NCBI GenBank assembly: GCA_964540895.1
Contig: CAZIOP010000001.1
Location: 187,596 to 251,595, forward strand
Source: an uncultured Gammaproteobacteria bacterium
GTDB lineage: Bacteria; Patescibacteriota; Patescibacteriia; Patescibacteriales; Patescibacteriaceae
Direction of reading: 5' to 3'
Length of the DNA stretch: 64,000 nucleotides
The notes under the pieces are model-generated. The model saw nothing but the letters and a program-made list of their open reading frames with translations, was not told the origin of the DNA and made no database searches. Below are positions 43,436 to 53,400 of the stretch, piece by piece; position 1 is the first letter of the stretch, and each line of letters begins with the position of its first letter. The position numbers were made by a program, and so were the translations under genes.

Positions 43436-45940
43436 ATGAAATATTTTCATTTTTTACGAAAAAAGTCTATAATTAGCAAAATTTTAGCAATATTCTTCGG
43501 CTTCATGGTTATGGTACCAGTAGCTGATCTTCAGGCTGCTTCAGTCAATTTAATTAAAAATCCAAGTTTTGAACAGGGTAGTGTCACGACCTATTGGGAA
43601 ATGTGGAATAATAAGCCAGATACTAGAACATATACGATGTATCGAAGTTATGAAGTACCTTTTGGAAGTGGTTCGTATTCTGCTGCTATTGAAGCAACCG
43701 GCCCAGCTTCTTCAGTTGACCAGGCCGGTATAGTTACTATATCTAACCTTAATCCAATAGCGGTTACCTCAGGAAAATCATATTATTTCTCTCTATATAC
43801 AAAAGCTGCTGAACCAACAACTGTTTCAGTTTATTTACAACGTGCCGATAACTATCAACCGTTGGGCCCAGTTCAACAAATCAATGTAAGCACTAATTGG
43901 GAGAAGAAATTACTTATTTTCCAACCAACTGATACTACCAATGCTTCGTTAGGTATTTCATTTGGAAATTTATCTGATACTAATACATTATATATTGATA
44001 ATCTTGATTTACGAGAGAATAATCTTGTAGTTACTACTAAAGATGTTGTTGGTTTTGTTGGTCAAAACAAAACAGTAGCTATATCTGGTAATAATAGTTT
44101 GACTACCAGTGATATTCAAATGGAGGTGCCATATGTTAACCCTTCTAATAATAATGTTGAGAGAAAAAGATTAACTCCTAATTCCGTTAATAACGGTGTA
44201 GCTACTTTTACTCTCCCAAGTCAAACATTTAGTGGTATTGGAAAAGTATACTTTTTAGACACATTAATTGGAGAACTTAACTATAATGTACTAGCTAAAG
44301 TAACGGAAGTAAGTCCTCAGCCAGTTCGACCTGACGAAGATTTAGTAGTGTATGGTAACGGTTTTAATCCTGATATCACAAAGAATAAAGTGCTAGTAAG
44401 AAGTATCGCAGTAAATGGCGCAGTATCTGACACATTATTACAACCACACATGGTTGATCCGAGCCTTTCTCAGATGGTGGCAAAACTTCCAGTTGGATTA
44501 GCTAATTCTCAACTCAATGTTCGTACCTATTTTACCAACACGGCTGGTGTAGTAGTTGAAAATAAATCAAACTTTATCAACTATTCAATCATGCCTGTAG
44601 TGTATGGCGCCACCTGGAGTGAACGGGGTCATGAAGCGGTTGGTGATAAGTTATCAATTACTGGTAAAGGAATTGTATATCGTCCGGTTGTTAATTTCTA
44701 TAATGAAAATAATGTACTAATCTCCAGTAAGGGTGCTATTGTCAAAAAGATTGTTACTGGTACAGAGAACTATGAAGTTATTGAAGTAGTAACTCCTGTA
44801 ACATTAAATAAAGTAAAAATTACAGTTAAGTCTGGAACACAAGAATCTGATCAAACCGCAGCCTTATCCTATGCTGCTAAGCCAACTATTACCTTTGTAA
44901 AAACAGCTCATAAAAGAAATTTAGGAAATAATTCTGTAGTATCAGCTGCTAAGGTTGGAGAAACAATTCGTTTAACTGGACAAGGTTTTAAAACCAATGT
45001 TCCAGCTGTAGTAGAATTCTGGAGCATTCATGGTGGAGTTTTAACAACTAACGTAGATACGGCTCATATTGATCCTAATGGCACATGGGTTGATGTAGTT
45101 GTTCCAGCTGGTATTCAGAATGGACAAGTTAATGTACAAATTAATGGGCAGAAATCAAATAACGTATCATTTGAGTTAATTCCTACCATTATTTCTAGTC
45201 AGCCAATTGAACCAGTTCCTGGCAGTGAATTAACCATAACAGCTCAAGGAATTAATTTAGATGCGTCTCAATTGACTATTTACTTTAAATTACCTAATAA
45301 TGAGGAAATTAAAGTTCAACCTTCACAATTAACTAAGAGTGGTGATAATGTCTTAATCACTGTTATGGCGCCAGCTGCTATTCCAAACCAAGGATCATCT
45401 TTGAAAGTTCAGTATGGTTACTGGTTAAATGATGAAACATATCGTATTATTGCAACACCGTTTATCGAAAATGCCACCATTAATAATGATACTAAAGTAT
45501 TAACTATTAAAGGACATGGTTTTTCATCGGTAGCTAACACTAATAAGATTACATATAAATACGCAGATGGAACAGTTGTAACTCCAAATGTTAGAATGTT
45601 AGGTGTTTTCTCAACCAGTGAAGGACAGGAAATTCGAGTTGCTATCTTAGATAGTTATTACTATGGCTACTTGTTCGTAACTGTAGATGGTGCTAGAAGT
45701 AATGAAGTTAATGTAGGACCAGCTGTTATTACAAGACTAGAACGACGTGTTCAGTTTGTTCAATCAGAAAATAGAGTAATGGGTGTACTATACATTAGTG
45801 GTAGAAACTTTGGTTTACAAGGTGACGTTAAAGTCGGTAATGTCTGGGCCTCAACCCATTATCGCTCTAATACATTTATTATTGCGGTGGTTGAACGGGG
45901 AGATGTTAACAAGAATCCCGTTATTATTACAAAGAAATAA
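43436..45940 (+). CDS. secreted protein: N-terminal CBM4/9-like carbohydrate-binding module plus multiple IPT/TIG-like Ig domains
   Basis: Signal/anchor ILAIFFGFMVMVPVADLQA. NLIKNPSFEQGS...LYIDNLDL jelly-roll signature. Repeated ..V(S/T)P....G..L(T/V)I.G.GF.. units. Confidence 0.8.
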   Translation: MKYFHFLRKKSIISKILAIFFGFMVMVPVADLQAASVNLIKNPSFEQGSVTTYWEMWNNKPDTRTYTMYRSYEVPFGSGSYSAAIEATGPASSVDQAGIVTISNLNPIAVTSGKSYYFSLYTKAAEPTTVSVYLQRADNYQPLGPVQQINVSTNWEKKLLIFQPTDTTNASLGISFGNLSDTNTLYIDNLDLRENNLVVTTKDVVGFVGQNKTVAISGNNSLTTSDIQMEVPYVNPSNNNVERKRLTPNSVNNGVATFTLPSQTFSGIGKVYFLDTLIGELNYNVLAKVTEVSPQPVRPDEDLVVYGNGFNPDITKNKVLVRSIAVNGAVSDTLLQPHMVDPSLSQMVAKLPVGLANSQLNVRTYFTNTAGVVVENKSNFINYSIMPVVYGATWSERGHEAVGDKLSITGKGIVYRPVVNFYNENNVLISSKGAIVKKIVTGTENYEVIEVVTPVTLNKVKITVKSGTQESDQTAALSYAAKPTITFVKTAHKRNLGNNSVVSAAKVGETIRLTGQGFKTNVPAVVEFWSIHGGVLTTNVDTAHIDPNGTWVDVVVPAGIQNGQVNVQINGQKSNNVSFELIPTIISSQPIEPVPGSELTITAQGINLDASQLTIYFKLPNNEEIKVQPSQLTKSGDNVLITVMAPAAIPNQGSSLKVQYGYWLNDETYRIIATPFIENATINNDTKVLTIKGHGFSSVANTNKITYKYADGTVVTPNVRMLGVFSTSEGQEIRVAILDSYYYGYLFVTVDGARSNEVNVGPAVITRLERRVQFVQSENRVMGVLYISGRNFGLQGDVKVGNVWASTHYRSNTFIIAVVERGDVNKNPVIITKK

Positions 45941-45987
45941 GTTTAGCTTAATATAGTATACAGAGCTACACTGCAATTATTTTATCT

Positions 45988-46875
45988 ATGGAATTTCATG
46001 ATTTTCTAAAATTTTTAGTCAGAAAGCGTAAAACCGTTTACGGTATTATTGCAATCTTTATATTGGTCGGTGTAGTTACTATTGCTGTTCAGCGTTTTAA
46101 GTATAGTGCTAAGTCACAATTACTCGTTGTTCAAGAATATAGCGGTCCAGTTGATGCTTATACAGCCTCAAAGTCCACAGAACACCTTTCAAATGTGTTA
46201 GCTAGTGTTATTAATTCAAATTCTTTTTTTACTAAAGTTGTAACCAATAGTCCAAGTATTGATACTCAATATTTTGGTGCTAATCCTAAAGATCAAATGC
46301 GAGAGTGGAATAAGACAGTGAATGCCAAGAGTATTAATGACACTGGTATTATTGCTATTACTGTGTACCATCCGAATCGTAATGAAGTACAAAAGATTGC
46401 TGGAGCTATTAATTATGTGTTAATGACCCAACACTCTGCCTATGATGGTGCAGGACAGGCTGTTAAGGTTCGTTTAATTGACCAACCAATTAGTTCAACT
46501 ATCCCTGTTAAACCAAATATTCCATTAGTACTTGGAACGATGGTGGCACTTGGTTTTTTGTCTAGTTTGGTTTATATCTATCTTTCTTCTGAAAGTGCCT
46601 CATTACAAATGCTTGAGTACCAAAAAAATAGTCAACCGGCATTTATTGCTCAGACTATGTTTCAGAATCAAGCTATTAACAAACCACATACTGAATCTGC
46701 TCCTACTTATAATCAAGAGGAATATATCCCTCGATCAGTCCCTCATTTTACACCATATGGTCAACATGCCCGTGTCTCATTAGAAGATAATTTTGAACCA
46801 TTATTTGATGAAGCGGCTGTTGCTGACCCCGAAATTATTGTTCGTCAGGGTAATATGCGAAATATTATTGATTAA
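45988..46875 (+). CDS. Wzz-like polysaccharide chain-length determinant protein (tentative)
   Basis: N-terminal TM, soluble loop, C-terminal TM (PLVLGTMVALGFLSSLVYIYL) topology. Located in the glycan locus. Confidence 0.6.
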   Translation: MEFHDFLKFLVRKRKTVYGIIAIFILVGVVTIAVQRFKYSAKSQLLVVQEYSGPVDAYTASKSTEHLSNVLASVINSNSFFTKVVTNSPSIDTQYFGANPKDQMREWNKTVNAKSINDTGIIAITVYHPNRNEVQKIAGAINYVLMTQHSAYDGAGQAVKVRLIDQPISSTIPVKPNIPLVLGTMVALGFLSSLVYIYLSSESASLQMLEYQKNSQPAFIAQTMFQNQAINKPHTESAPTYNQEEYIPRSVPHFTPYGQHARVSLEDNFEPLFDEAAVADPEIIVRQGNMRNIID

Positions 46876-46904
46876 TTTAACTTAGAATCTATCCCAAAGC
46901 TAAC

Positions 46905-46934
46905 TTGACAGACATAGGCGCTTTGGGGTAGGAT
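46905..46934 (+). promoter_or_regulatory. promoter TTGACA-18-TAGGAT, with the -35 inside the hairpin loop cccaaagc...gctttggg
   Basis: TTGACA at 46905-46910 and TAGGAT at 46929-46934. Hairpin arms at 46893-46900 and 46920-46927. Confidence 0.45.
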
Positions 46935-47019
46935 TGTGAGTTAAAGATTCACAGATTTTCTGAAAGAGGATAGTAAATTAAAAATTTTAATAAAATAAAA
47001 AAATAAGGAGAAAACACTA

Positions 47020-48111
47020 TTGAAAACATCAATATTAGTACTTCTGTTGCTTTGTTTCTTTTCAAGTATAGGGTTGGCTCAGTTGACCCCGAAAGAAAAA
47101 AGCAAACCAACTGAAGAGAAAGTCACAGGGGATACTATTCCTAATATAGTCACTAATGTAACACCGGCAGATGTCCTTGTATCAACATCATCTTCAAAAT
47201 TAACACCGAAGACGAAGGAACAGAAAAAGAATTCTGAGAAAACGGCCTCTAATCTTACTAACACTTCAGAAAACACATCTGGAGAATCTGAAAGTAAAAT
47301 TATTTTTCCTCTATCTCAGGTTCAATTATTTGTAGGTTATGTAGCCTATAATGATTATCTGTTAAATGGTAATGGTATATATGGTGAATTTACTGTTCGC
47401 CAGGGACCAAACCTTACTGAAGGTAAATATAAAAATACCTTATGGGGTATGGGTGTAAAAGCCGGTAAGTATCAAACATTCAGTAAACAGTTTGATACTG
47501 ATCTCGAAAAGTTTACAACAACCACTAAAGAAATAGGTGGCTTTATCTCAATGGCACGTGTTACAAAACGGGCTAACTGGAATTCCTTCGTATTAAACCT
47601 TGAAGGAAAACAATCAGTTGATGAAGGCTCACAAGGTCTTTATCGCAGAAAACAAGTTGATATATTAATAGCTGTCAACACCTGGATTGATCTAACTAGA
47701 AAAAATAGTAATTTGTGGTTTTCAAAAACCAATTTCAGTTTGTATTATCAATATCCTCTAAAAACGTCTGTTTCTTCATTTTATGATGGAGAGAGGATTC
47801 AGGATAATACCTGGAATAAAAAGTTGCTGTTTTTGAACTTTGATCAAACGATGCTTCAGTTCAACTTAGCTGAAGTTGCAGAAAAAATGTCTATAAACTT
47901 TGGTTTCAACCTTGGTTACCGACATTTTTCTCAAGGCAAGAAAGATATGTACGCACTCGGCGTTTTTTCCGAAGCATTTTATTGGCTTTGTAAAATTGTT
48001 AGAGCCGGGGTTGAACTAATCATTGACCCAACTGAAAAAACCAGTCGTGGAAAAAATATAATTTTTAAAACCGATTGGGACTTATTTCAGGTGGGTAGAG
48101 CTATATTTTAG
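47020..48111 (+). CDS. secreted OMP-like beta-barrel candidate ending in an aromatic residue (TTG start, strong SD)
   Basis: taaggagaaaacactaTTG. Signal peptide KTSILVLLLLCFFSSIGLAQ. Ser/Thr/Lys-rich linker, then alternating strands (QLFVGYVAY, IYGEFTVRQ, SINFGFNLGYRHF..). C-terminus ..FQVGRAIF. Confidence 0.65.
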   Translation: MKTSILVLLLLCFFSSIGLAQLTPKEKSKPTEEKVTGDTIPNIVTNVTPADVLVSTSSSKLTPKTKEQKKNSEKTASNLTNTSENTSGESESKIIFPLSQVQLFVGYVAYNDYLLNGNGIYGEFTVRQGPNLTEGKYKNTLWGMGVKAGKYQTFSKQFDTDLEKFTTTTKEIGGFISMARVTKRANWNSFVLNLEGKQSVDEGSQGLYRRKQVDILIAVNTWIDLTRKNSNLWFSKTNFSLYYQYPLKTSVSSFYDGERIQDNTWNKKLLFLNFDQTMLQFNLAEVAEKMSINFGFNLGYRHFSQGKKDMYALGVFSEAFYWLCKIVRAGVELIIDPTEKTSRGKNIIFKTDWDLFQVGRAIF

Positions 48112-48180
48112 TGTAAAAACTATTAAACAAGTAATTAATTAACTAATTCAAAAAATAAAAAAAGAAGGAGTAATACAATC

Positions 48181-48861
48181 ATGAGTAAAAACATGAAAAG
48201 AGGTTTAATTGTAACAGTAGTAGCTGGTTTTGTTATTTGCGCAGTTTTATTTTGGGTATTTGTCGGTAAGCAAGCCTTTAACTATGTTTCTGACAAAGTA
48301 AATTCAAAGAAAGTTGCACAGGTCGTTGAAAGTACAGACAAAACAGATCAGAATATTATTCAGCCTCAGACGCAGATACAAACACAAAGCCCGGATCAAC
48401 AAACAACAGGTAATTCAGCCGGACAAACTTCCACTATTTCCTCAACAACAGGAATTGACATTTTTACCCAGGGGAAGGATTTTATTTTCGATAATGGTGA
48501 AGAAGGATATAATTTCAGAATTAAAGAAAATGAGTTATTGCCTCAAATGGTCGGTGATCTTGGAATAACTGTTGACGGAAAGCGTTTCATAAAAACCAGT
48601 ATACTGAACAGATTCAGGCCTGCCGGAAATGCAACTGTTATTAAGTGTCTTGGTAAAGGTATTGTTGACAAAAATAACAAGTGGCCTCGCGTAGATACCA
48701 AAGTTGAAGGCGAATATACTTATTATCAATGTCCTTTAAGCTGGAAAAACGGCTACTGTTTGTTCAATTTTGCCTATTTTACCGATAAGGGGAAATCTAC
48801 AGAGCGTTATATTGCACATGAAATTGCAGAAAAATATCCACATTCGGAAGATATTATGTAA
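48181..48861 (+). CDS. membrane-anchored or secreted hypothetical protein (226 aa), strong SD
   Basis: gaaggagtaatacaatcATG. N-terminal TM GLIVTVVAGFVICAVLFWVFV, then a Gln/Thr-rich linker. Confidence 0.65.
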   Translation: MSKNMKRGLIVTVVAGFVICAVLFWVFVGKQAFNYVSDKVNSKKVAQVVESTDKTDQNIIQPQTQIQTQSPDQQTTGNSAGQTSTISSTTGIDIFTQGKDFIFDNGEEGYNFRIKENELLPQMVGDLGITVDGKRFIKTSILNRFRPAGNATVIKCLGKGIVDKNNKWPRVDTKVEGEYTYYQCPLSWKNGYCLFNFAYFTDKGKSTERYIAHEIAEKYPHSEDIM

Positions 48862-48939
48862 GAAAAGTTAAAGGGAATGTCTAAACAACATTCCCTTCAT
48901 TCTAAACTAAAATTAATTTAAAAAATAAAAAAAATTAAA

Positions 48940-49374
48940 ATGAAAACAATGTTAATAACAATCATTATATTATTTTGTTTGATTGTTAATGTTAAAGCGC
49001 AAACTACAACATCTGTACCATTTTACGGTATCACACCTACCGGAAAGATCTATTTTATCGAAAAAAATGCTGATGCACTGGGATCACCGGGGCAAACAAT
49101 TGAAGTTTCTGGAGATTGGAATGGAAAAAATACCTGGACAGAATGGACTGCAATGGCACTACAGGATTATAACGGAACAGGAGTATATGTTCTCGATATC
49201 GGGAAAAAAATGAAAGGCACAAAAATACTGTGCTTCAGGATTTCTCCTGATTGTTACTTCCCGGCGGCTGCAAAGGAAAAAACCGAATATTTGATTAATG
49301 TTAATGATATGGTGCTAAACAATAAAGGTGATGGATATAATCTGAAGATCGAGGTAGGAAGTTTTGATTTCTAA
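48940..49374 (+). CDS. small secreted beta-sandwich-like protein (CBM20/48-like, very tentative)
   Basis: Signal peptide MKTMLITIIILFCLIVNVKAQ. IEVSGDWNGKNTW..MALQDYNGTGVYVLDIG is reminiscent of E-set / starch-binding modules. Confidence 0.55.
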   Translation: MKTMLITIIILFCLIVNVKAQTTTSVPFYGITPTGKIYFIEKNADALGSPGQTIEVSGDWNGKNTWTEWTAMALQDYNGTGVYVLDIGKKMKGTKILCFRISPDCYFPAAAKEKTEYLINVNDMVLNNKGDGYNLKIEVGSFDF

Positions 49375-49401
49375 GTGATTAATCGATAAATATATTAAGT
49401 G

Positions 49402-49431
49402 GGGCCTGGTAAAAAAACTAGGCCCTTTTTT
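49402..49431 (+). terminator. intrinsic terminator closing the three-gene cassette
   Basis: gggcct-ggtaaaaaaact-aggccc followed by T6. Confidence 0.75.
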
Positions 49432-49432
49432 A

Positions 49433-49461
49433 TTGACTTTTTCCTAATTTTAGGGCATATT
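49433..49461 (+). promoter_or_regulatory. promoter TTGACT-17-CATATT; ATG lies 6 nt downstream (leaderless-like)
   Basis: TTGACT at 49433-49438, CATATT at 49456-49461, ATG at 49468. Confidence 0.45.
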
Positions 49462-49467
49462 ATCAGT

Positions 49468-50868
49468 ATGAGTATCTTTCCTGATCAATCCTTGCGAGGT
49501 CTGTTTATAGGTTTTTTTACAGTTCTGGCACTAGCTTTGTTGGCTATATTTTCCTACAGCACTCATGGAGGAGTTATTACTATTGCCGGTCTTTTATTGT
49601 TAGTAGTATTTTGTTTAAATTTAGAGATTGGTTTATATCTAACGATTTTCGCCTTACCAGTTATCAACTGGAATATTTATCTTAAAGGCTTGATTATTCC
49701 CGGAAGTGATTTATTTGGATTATTATTGTTAACGGCTTTTATTGGCCGTTTTATTTTTTTTAAACTTTTTCCATCTAATCAAATTAAAGAAAAAATTACT
49801 AAGATTCGTTTGCCGTTTATTTTGCCATTTATCTGCTTCTTCGTAGTCGCTGTTATATCGAGTTTATTAAGTAAAGAACCCGGTGACGCTGTTTGGTATA
49901 CAGTTCGATGGATATTATTCTTTTATACAGCTTTTGTAGTGATACCAGTTAATATTATTACTGATGAGAAAATTTTAAAGAGATCATTATGGTCGTTTGT
50001 GTTATCAGCTAGTATCATAGCTTTAATGGGTGCCTACTCACTTTTTCTTCAAGATTGGCAGCATACGTTTGTTAGAGTCCAGCCAGTTCAAATGTTTAAC
50101 ATGTACCCAGTAGGGGAAAATCAGAATTTAATTGCTGAGTTTTTAGTTATTGGGGTATTTTTCGCCATTGCTTTAAAATTCCTGTCACGCGATATAATGA
50201 CCAGAAAATTATTAACATTAACAGCGTTACTTTTAATTTTTATTTCTGTATTAACATTTTCAAGAGCTGCTTGGATTGTTTTGTTTATTCAGATATTATT
50301 ATATATTTGGTATCAAACCAGAATTTCTCGAAAACAGTATATAGTCATTCTATTTATAGGTTTCATTTTACTGGCTCCTCTGGGAGTATACATGTATAGA
50401 ATTCAACATGAGTTTAGGATTGGTATTAGTTCGACCAGGAATCGAGTAGCGTTAACACAAATTGCTTGGGAAAATTTTCTTGAAAAACCAGTATTTGGAC
50501 ATGGAAGTGGGACATTTATTAGTTTGGTTGAAGATAATATTCGTTTCCGAGCTCAGTACGGAGATCCGCTTGATTCACATGGTATTTGGCAGAAAGTTTT
50601 AGCTGAAAATGGAGCCTTGGGAATAATAACTTTTATAGTATTTTTAGGTTCAATGTTTATGATGTTTTGGAAACGCATTGTTCAATTATATAAGAAAGGT
50701 AAGAATAATGTTTTTCTGCCAATTGTGTTAGGGGCGTGTGGTGGATTATTCTTTCAATTTTTTAATACTTCTTACTACAAAGGTAAGGTGTGGTTACCGT
50801 TGGGTATAGCAGTGGCTACCTGGTATATAGTTAATCAAAAACAACATGACGAAATCAAAACGGCTTAG
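49468..50868 (+). CDS. O-antigen ligase family (Wzy_C domain) polytopic membrane protein
   Basis: About 12 TM segments. FSRAAWIVLF and FGHGSGTF motifs typical of Wzy_C/WaaL/PglL-type enzymes. ATG at 49468; the track start at 49399 spans the terminator. Confidence 0.8.
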   Translation: MSIFPDQSLRGLFIGFFTVLALALLAIFSYSTHGGVITIAGLLLLVVFCLNLEIGLYLTIFALPVINWNIYLKGLIIPGSDLFGLLLLTAFIGRFIFFKLFPSNQIKEKITKIRLPFILPFICFFVVAVISSLLSKEPGDAVWYTVRWILFFYTAFVVIPVNIITDEKILKRSLWSFVLSASIIALMGAYSLFLQDWQHTFVRVQPVQMFNMYPVGENQNLIAEFLVIGVFFAIALKFLSRDIMTRKLLTLTALLLIFISVLTFSRAAWIVLFIQILLYIWYQTRISRKQYIVILFIGFILLAPLGVYMYRIQHEFRIGISSTRNRVALTQIAWENFLEKPVFGHGSGTFISLVEDNIRFRAQYGDPLDSHGIWQKVLAENGALGIITFIVFLGSMFMMFWKRIVQLYKKGKNNVFLPIVLGACGGLFFQFFNTSYYKGKVWLPLGIAVATWYIVNQKQHDEIKTA

Positions 50869-50872
50869 GATA

Positions 50873-51958
50873 ATGCATATTATACCAACAATGAAAACCG
50901 GAGGCGCTGAGCGTCTTTTGCTTGATATCATGAAACGAATTGATCAAACAAAGTTTGAACCGTCAGTAGTTATTTTTAAAGAAAAAGGTGAGCTATATGA
51001 ACAATTAATAAAATTACCTTTCCATGTTTTTTTTATCCCTAAAAAATGGAAAATCGATATTGGAAATATATGGAAGCTAAAGAATATTATAAAAAATCAA
51101 CAGCCTGATATTATTCATACCCACCTTGGCGGGGACATGTATGGGCGACTATTGGCACATTGGTTACATATTCCAGTGGTTTCAACTGAACATAATATTA
51201 ATATTGATGAAAGCAAGTTAATAAGAGTCATGAAAACAAAGACTGCTGGCTTTGCAAATCGGATAATAGCTGTTTCAAAAGCAGTTCAAAAGGATATGAT
51301 CAGTCGGTATAGAATAGATCCTCAGAAGACCATTGTTATATATAATGGAATAGATTGTGATGCGTTTCAGAGAACAGAAGATATTGAAAGAAAATCAGAT
51401 TTTTTGGATACAAAGAACATCTTTAGAATAGGTGCGGCCGGACGATTAGTTCAGCAAAAGGGTTTTTCTTTTTTAATCGAAGCTATTAGTTTAATCAAAG
51501 ATCAATATCCTCAGATTGTATGTGAAATTGTAGGCGATGGTTATTTAAGGTCAAACTTAGAAGCTCAGATTAAATCACACCACTTAGAGAAAAATGTTAT
51601 TTTATCCGGTGTCTGTTCTGATATGATTTCGTTTTATAAATCAATTAATCTATTAGTCATGCCGTCTTTATGGGAAGGCTTAGGCATTGTAGTCTTAGAA
51701 GCTGGTGCTTTAGAAATTCCAGTGATTGCCTCATCTGTTGATGGATTAACTGAGATTATTGATGATTCTGTAAATGGCTTGTTGGTTCAGCCAGGAAATG
51801 CCCAAGATATTGCTGACAAGATAATTAATGTAATAACAAACTATCAGACAAGTCTTGATCGCGCTCAACGATTAGCTAAGAAGGTACGAGCGAACTTTTC
51901 TATTACTGACATGGTTAGACATTATGAAAACGTATATGAAGATATTACAAGTAAATAA
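50873..51958 (+). CDS. glycosyltransferase family 4 (GT-B, group 1)
   Basis: GGAERLL N-terminus and EGLGIVVLEAGALEIPVIAS (E-x7-E) motif. ATG at 50873 (an alternative ATG at 50846 overlaps the ligase gene). Confidence 0.88.
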   Translation: MHIIPTMKTGGAERLLLDIMKRIDQTKFEPSVVIFKEKGELYEQLIKLPFHVFFIPKKWKIDIGNIWKLKNIIKNQQPDIIHTHLGGDMYGRLLAHWLHIPVVSTEHNINIDESKLIRVMKTKTAGFANRIIAVSKAVQKDMISRYRIDPQKTIVIYNGIDCDAFQRTEDIERKSDFLDTKNIFRIGAAGRLVQQKGFSFLIEAISLIKDQYPQIVCEIVGDGYLRSNLEAQIKSHHLEKNVILSGVCSDMISFYKSINLLVMPSLWEGLGIVVLEAGALEIPVIASSVDGLTEIIDDSVNGLLVQPGNAQDIADKIINVITNYQTSLDRAQRLAKKVRANFSITDMVRHYENVYEDITSK

Positions 51959-53153
51959 ATTTTATTATCGACGCGGTGGAGCAGAAACCTATGTATTAGA
52001 GATAGAGCAAAAGCTAGCTTCACTTGGTCATGAGGTGGCTATTTTTTCAATGCATCATCCAAAAAATCTTCCAAGTAAATGGAGTAAGTATTTTGTTTCC
52101 CGGGTTAGCTTTAATGAAGGAGGAGTATGGCAGAGACTTGTTGGGGCTGGGCGAATATTGTATAGCTTTGAAGCTAAACGGAAATTTACTAAACTTTTAG
52201 AAGATTTTAAACCAGATATAATTCACCTTCATAATATCTATCATCAAATTTCTCCTTCGATTTTACCTGTAGCTAAGAAGATGGGGATTCCAGTAGTTAT
52301 GCATCTTCATGACTACAAATTAATTTGTCCAAATTATCAGATGTTTGATGGAAAGCAGATTTGTTATAACTGTTTAGCTCCTAATTATTGGCAATGTTTT
52401 ATAAAAAAATGTTTTGGTAATTCATATCTTAAAAGTTTCCTTGTTTCCTTGGAGTCATTTTTTCATCATGTAATATTAAACATCTACGAAAAAAATATCA
52501 ATCTTTATATCGCTCCAAGTAAGTTTATGAAAGATATCTGTGTTAAGTCAGGTGTGAAGGTTAATAAAATTCGAGTCTTATATAATTTTACATTATCTCA
52601 GTCTCAAGCTTCTAATCCTACTAGAGATTATTTTATGTATGTTGGTCGATTGTCAGCAGAGAAAGGAATCTCTATTTTATTAGAAGTCGCTAATCTTAAC
52701 CCTGATATCAGAATAAAGATTGTAGGAACTGGTCCTGAGCAAAAAATTCTTGAGGAAATGATTTCTAGTTATAAGCTAGAGGACAGAGTAGAGTTGTTGG
52801 GTCATAAAGACAAAGCCACAGTAATGGAACTTATGAGGGAAGCCAAAGGAATCATTATTCCCTCAATCTGGTTAGAGAATATGCCTTTTGTTTTATTAGA
52901 AGCCATGTCAATGGGTAAGGTGGTCATCGCTTCAAATATCGGTGGTTTACCCGAGTTGATTACTAATGGGAAAAACGGTTTTACCTTCATCTCTGGTGAT
53001 CCTACTGATCTCTTAGATAAAATAAAAATAGTTGAAACGGCTGATATCTCGACAATAGGAGAGTCAGCTCGAGCCACAGTTTTACCTCTAAATATTACTG
53101 CTCACTGCAGTGAACTTCTGGATATCTATAATTCTTTTGTTCGAGTTAGGTAG
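51936..53153 (+). CDS. glycosyltransferase family 4 (GT-B, group 1)
   Basis: MKILQVNKFYYRRGGAE and ENMPFVLLEAMSMGKVVIAS motifs. Confidence 0.88.
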   Translation: MKILQVNKFYYRRGGAETYVLEIEQKLASLGHEVAIFSMHHPKNLPSKWSKYFVSRVSFNEGGVWQRLVGAGRILYSFEAKRKFTKLLEDFKPDIIHLHNIYHQISPSILPVAKKMGIPVVMHLHDYKLICPNYQMFDGKQICYNCLAPNYWQCFIKKCFGNSYLKSFLVSLESFFHHVILNIYEKNINLYIAPSKFMKDICVKSGVKVNKIRVLYNFTLSQSQASNPTRDYFMYVGRLSAEKGISILLEVANLNPDIRIKIVGTGPEQKILEEMISSYKLEDRVELLGHKDKATVMELMREAKGIIIPSIWLENMPFVLLEAMSMGKVVIASNIGGLPELITNGKNGFTFISGDPTDLLDKIKIVETADISTIGESARATVLPLNITAHCSELLDIYNSFVRVR

Positions 53154-53400
53154 TTTATAAGGCTGAAAAATCAGGTTTTAGAGAGGTAAAAATAACAAAA
53201 AATCCAATAAAATCAAGAAAATAGCTTATTTTAAGTTAAAAGTTACCTATTTATATCCTATTTTTTAGCTAATATTAGTACATTAAAGAGGGGTCTACTG
53301 TTCTTGACTTTTTATTATCTATATGGTAAGGTAATCTATTAATTTCTAAGAGTAATTAGTTCTAGCTGATTACATAAACTATATATAAATAAGCCTTTTT

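Noticed and set aside
895-49467. N-terminal extensions in the ORF track at 895, 7663(-), 9340, 11944, 18803, 32842, 33959, 35737, 38644, 49399 and 50846.
   Set aside because: The extensions run through promoters, terminators, leaders or neighbouring genes. Internal ATGs give canonical N-termini or signal peptides (for example MSELAIV, MPKSKQQ, MNNTLRK), so I used the shorter forms.
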